A stretch of DNA of 27,111 nucleotides, taken from contig JAZBOO010000345.1 of assembly GCA_036351155.1 (NCBI GenBank), positions 1-27,111 of the forward strand, read 5' to 3'. Numbering within the stretch: position 1 is the first letter of the stretch; every line of letters starts with the position of its first letter. Origin of the DNA: Candidatus Krumholzibacteriia bacterium (GTDB taxonomy: Bacteria > Krumholzibacteriota > Krumholzibacteriia > LZORAL124-64-63). Position numbers and translations under genes: made by a program. Under the pieces are notes generated by a model. The model did no database searches and was not told where the DNA came from. It was given only the letters and a program-made list of their open reading frames with translations. This document shows positions 25,622-27,111 of the stretch, piece by piece.

Positions 25622-26599
25622 TTACTGCTGGGACACCGTTTCGGTGGTCGGGTTTTCGGTCAGTGTGGCCGAAATGGCCTCAATGATCGCCTTTTCCTCA
25701 CCCTCACCCTCGCCAGTATTTCCGATGGCCGGCACCGGAATCCCCCGGGAAGCCAGTTCCACATCCTGCTGGCTGGCCTGGATGTTGGGCTGCGGATTTT
25801 CGGGGGCCTTGTCCACGGATTCCGCAATGACCTCGTTCACCAGGTTTTCAGGCTCGGAGGTAGGAGCCTCGGGAGAGGCCTGGGGTGTGACGATGGGCGC
25901 CGGGTTGCTCACCGGCGCGGAAGCCTGGCTGTCCTGGCCCGGATTGTAATCGCGCCAGACATCCTGCTCGCTGCCGTAGGAAGCGGGAGCTGCCGGGGTC
26001 GAAGACTCGATCTCCGGGGCCGACGCTGTGTCGACAGGCATGGGGATGGGAGCCACGTGCCTCATCTGCTGGCGCTTTTCCCTCTCCGAAGCCATGGTGC
26101 CGTCCACCACCGAATCGACCATGTCCACCAGACGCTTGTCCAGGTCGGCAAAGTCGTTCTTGTGGGTCTCGACAAAGGCGATCTGCGCCTCGGCTAGCCC
26201 CTTGAAGCGGGCCAGATAGGTCTCTTTTTCCTTGCGCAGGCCCACGATCTCGCGGCGCAGTTCCTCGGTGCGCATTCGACACTCCTCCAGGACCGACTTG
26301 GCCTTCTGGTGGGCCCCCTGGATGATGATTTCGCCTTCCTTGTTGGCGGTTTCCCGGGTCTCCTGCATGAGCTTTTCGGCCGTCATCAGGGTGTCCCGCA
26401 GGGTCCGCTCCATGGTCTTGTATTCGGCGATCTTGTCTTCCTGGGCCATGACGCGTTCGCGGATCTGCTTGTTGTCCACCAGGACGGCCTCGTATTCATC
26501 GGCCAGGGTGGTCAGAAAGGCGCGCACTTCGTCGCAGTCGAACCCGCGCACGGCGCGGCGGAACTCCTGTTTCCGTACATCAAGGGGCGTGATCCTCAT
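25622..26599 (-). CDS. divIVA: DivIVA-domain coiled-coil protein with long acidic Pro/Ala/Ser-rich tail
   Basis: MRITPLDVRKQEFRRAVRGFDCDEVRAFL DivIVA N-terminus, coiled coil, and position after yggT; GGAGG RBS. Confidence 0.88.
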   Translation of the reverse strand: MRITPLDVRKQEFRRAVRGFDCDEVRAFLTTLADEYEAVLVDNKQIRERVMAQEDKIAEYKTMERTLRDTLMTAEKLMQETRETANKEGEIIIQGAHQKAKSVLEECRMRTEELRREIVGLRKEKETYLARFKGLAEAQIAFVETHKNDFADLDKRLVDMVDSVVDGTMASEREKRQQMRHVAPIPMPVDTASAPEIESSTPAAPASYGSEQDVWRDYNPGQDSQASAPVSNPAPIVTPQASPEAPTSEPENLVNEVIAESVDKAPENPQPNIQASQQDVELASRGIPVPAIGNTGEGEGEEKAIIEAISATLTENPTTETVSQQ

Positions 26600-26770
26600 G
26601 GTCTATCCTCCGCTAAGGTGAACTGGGCTTTCCTGGTGCGGATGGTTCCCGGTCAGGATTGGACGGATTTCGTCCACAAATGCCCCGGCCGCGGCCCATT
26701 CAGCTGTTTCAGGGGAAAGAGATACAAGAGGTGTGCCAGAAGGCACCGAAAACCCGGTGAGCCGACCGGC

Positions 26771-27013
26771 TCAGGTCTGCAGGAGAAAAGCCATCAGCAC
26801 ACGCAGCAAGAGGAACGCCACGATGGGGGAAAGGTCAATGCCCTTGAGGGGAATCATGGACCGAATGGGTGCCAGAACCGGCTCGGTGACACGCACGATC
26901 ATGAGCAGGAACTCGTTGGTGGGACGAGGATTCACCCAGCTCAGAATCACCCGTCCGAAGATCAACCACATGTAAACCTGGGCCAGGGCGTAGATCAGTC
27001 TTTGAATTTCCAT
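26771..27013 (-). CDS. yggT: YggT-family membrane protein
   Basis: RVILSW, TEPVLAPIR, IDLSPIVA. Confidence 0.93.
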   Translation of the reverse strand: MEIQRLIYALAQVYMWLIFGRVILSWVNPRPTNEFLLMIVRVTEPVLAPIRSMIPLKGIDLSPIVAFLLLRVLMAFLLQT

Positions 27014-27036
27014 CGTTCCGTTTCCTTGTCAACCGC

Positions 27037-27111
27037 TCAGTTGATGCGGGGGCCGAAGATCGCACTCCCCACCCGGATGATGGTGGCGCCTTCGGCGATG
27101 GCCATCTCGAA
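27037..27111 (-). CDS. yggS: YggS/PLPBP pyridoxal-phosphate homeostasis protein (C-terminal fragment)
   Basis: Manual translation FEMAIAEGATIIRVGSAIFGPRIN*, the canonical YggS C-terminus. Confidence 0.92.
   Translation of the reverse strand, partial: FEMAIAEGATIIRVGSAIFGPRIN

Overview
GC-rich bacterial chromosomal window with three parts. (1) 1-13881 is a probable beta-1,2-glucan utilisation locus. A LacI regulator is divergent from a stand-alone GH94 (Cgs C-terminal-like) phosphorylase plus a GH1 beta-glucosidase. These converge on a translationally coupled 5-gene operon: GH144-like lipoprotein, sugar-binding lipoprotein, two ABC permeases, and a ~1025-aa CBM32/F5-8 plus (alpha/alpha)6 glycosidase-like lipoprotein. 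(2) 13940-16700 holds three small, acidic, secreted proteins of unknown function. One is Ig-like with a dockerin-like C-terminus. Two are paralogous cohesin-like proteins ending in a shared VA(S/T)E-x6-VKxLYR tag, and their mature chains otherwise contain no Lys/Arg. The cluster has structured leaders and a G8 tract in a promoter spacer, and is the best candidate for an undescribed system. (3) 16740-27111 is housekeeping on the minus strand: yggS(part), yggT, divIVA, purine nucleoside phosphorylase, ileS (type 2, GVHH), dksA/traR, lspA, rluD, STAS, RsbW-like kinase, ruvX, mltG, a small membrane protein and tRNA-Val(TAC). The protein styles suggest an FCB-group candidate phylum such as Krumholzibacteriota/Latescibacterota (inference only). 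All calls are by eye; no searches were run.
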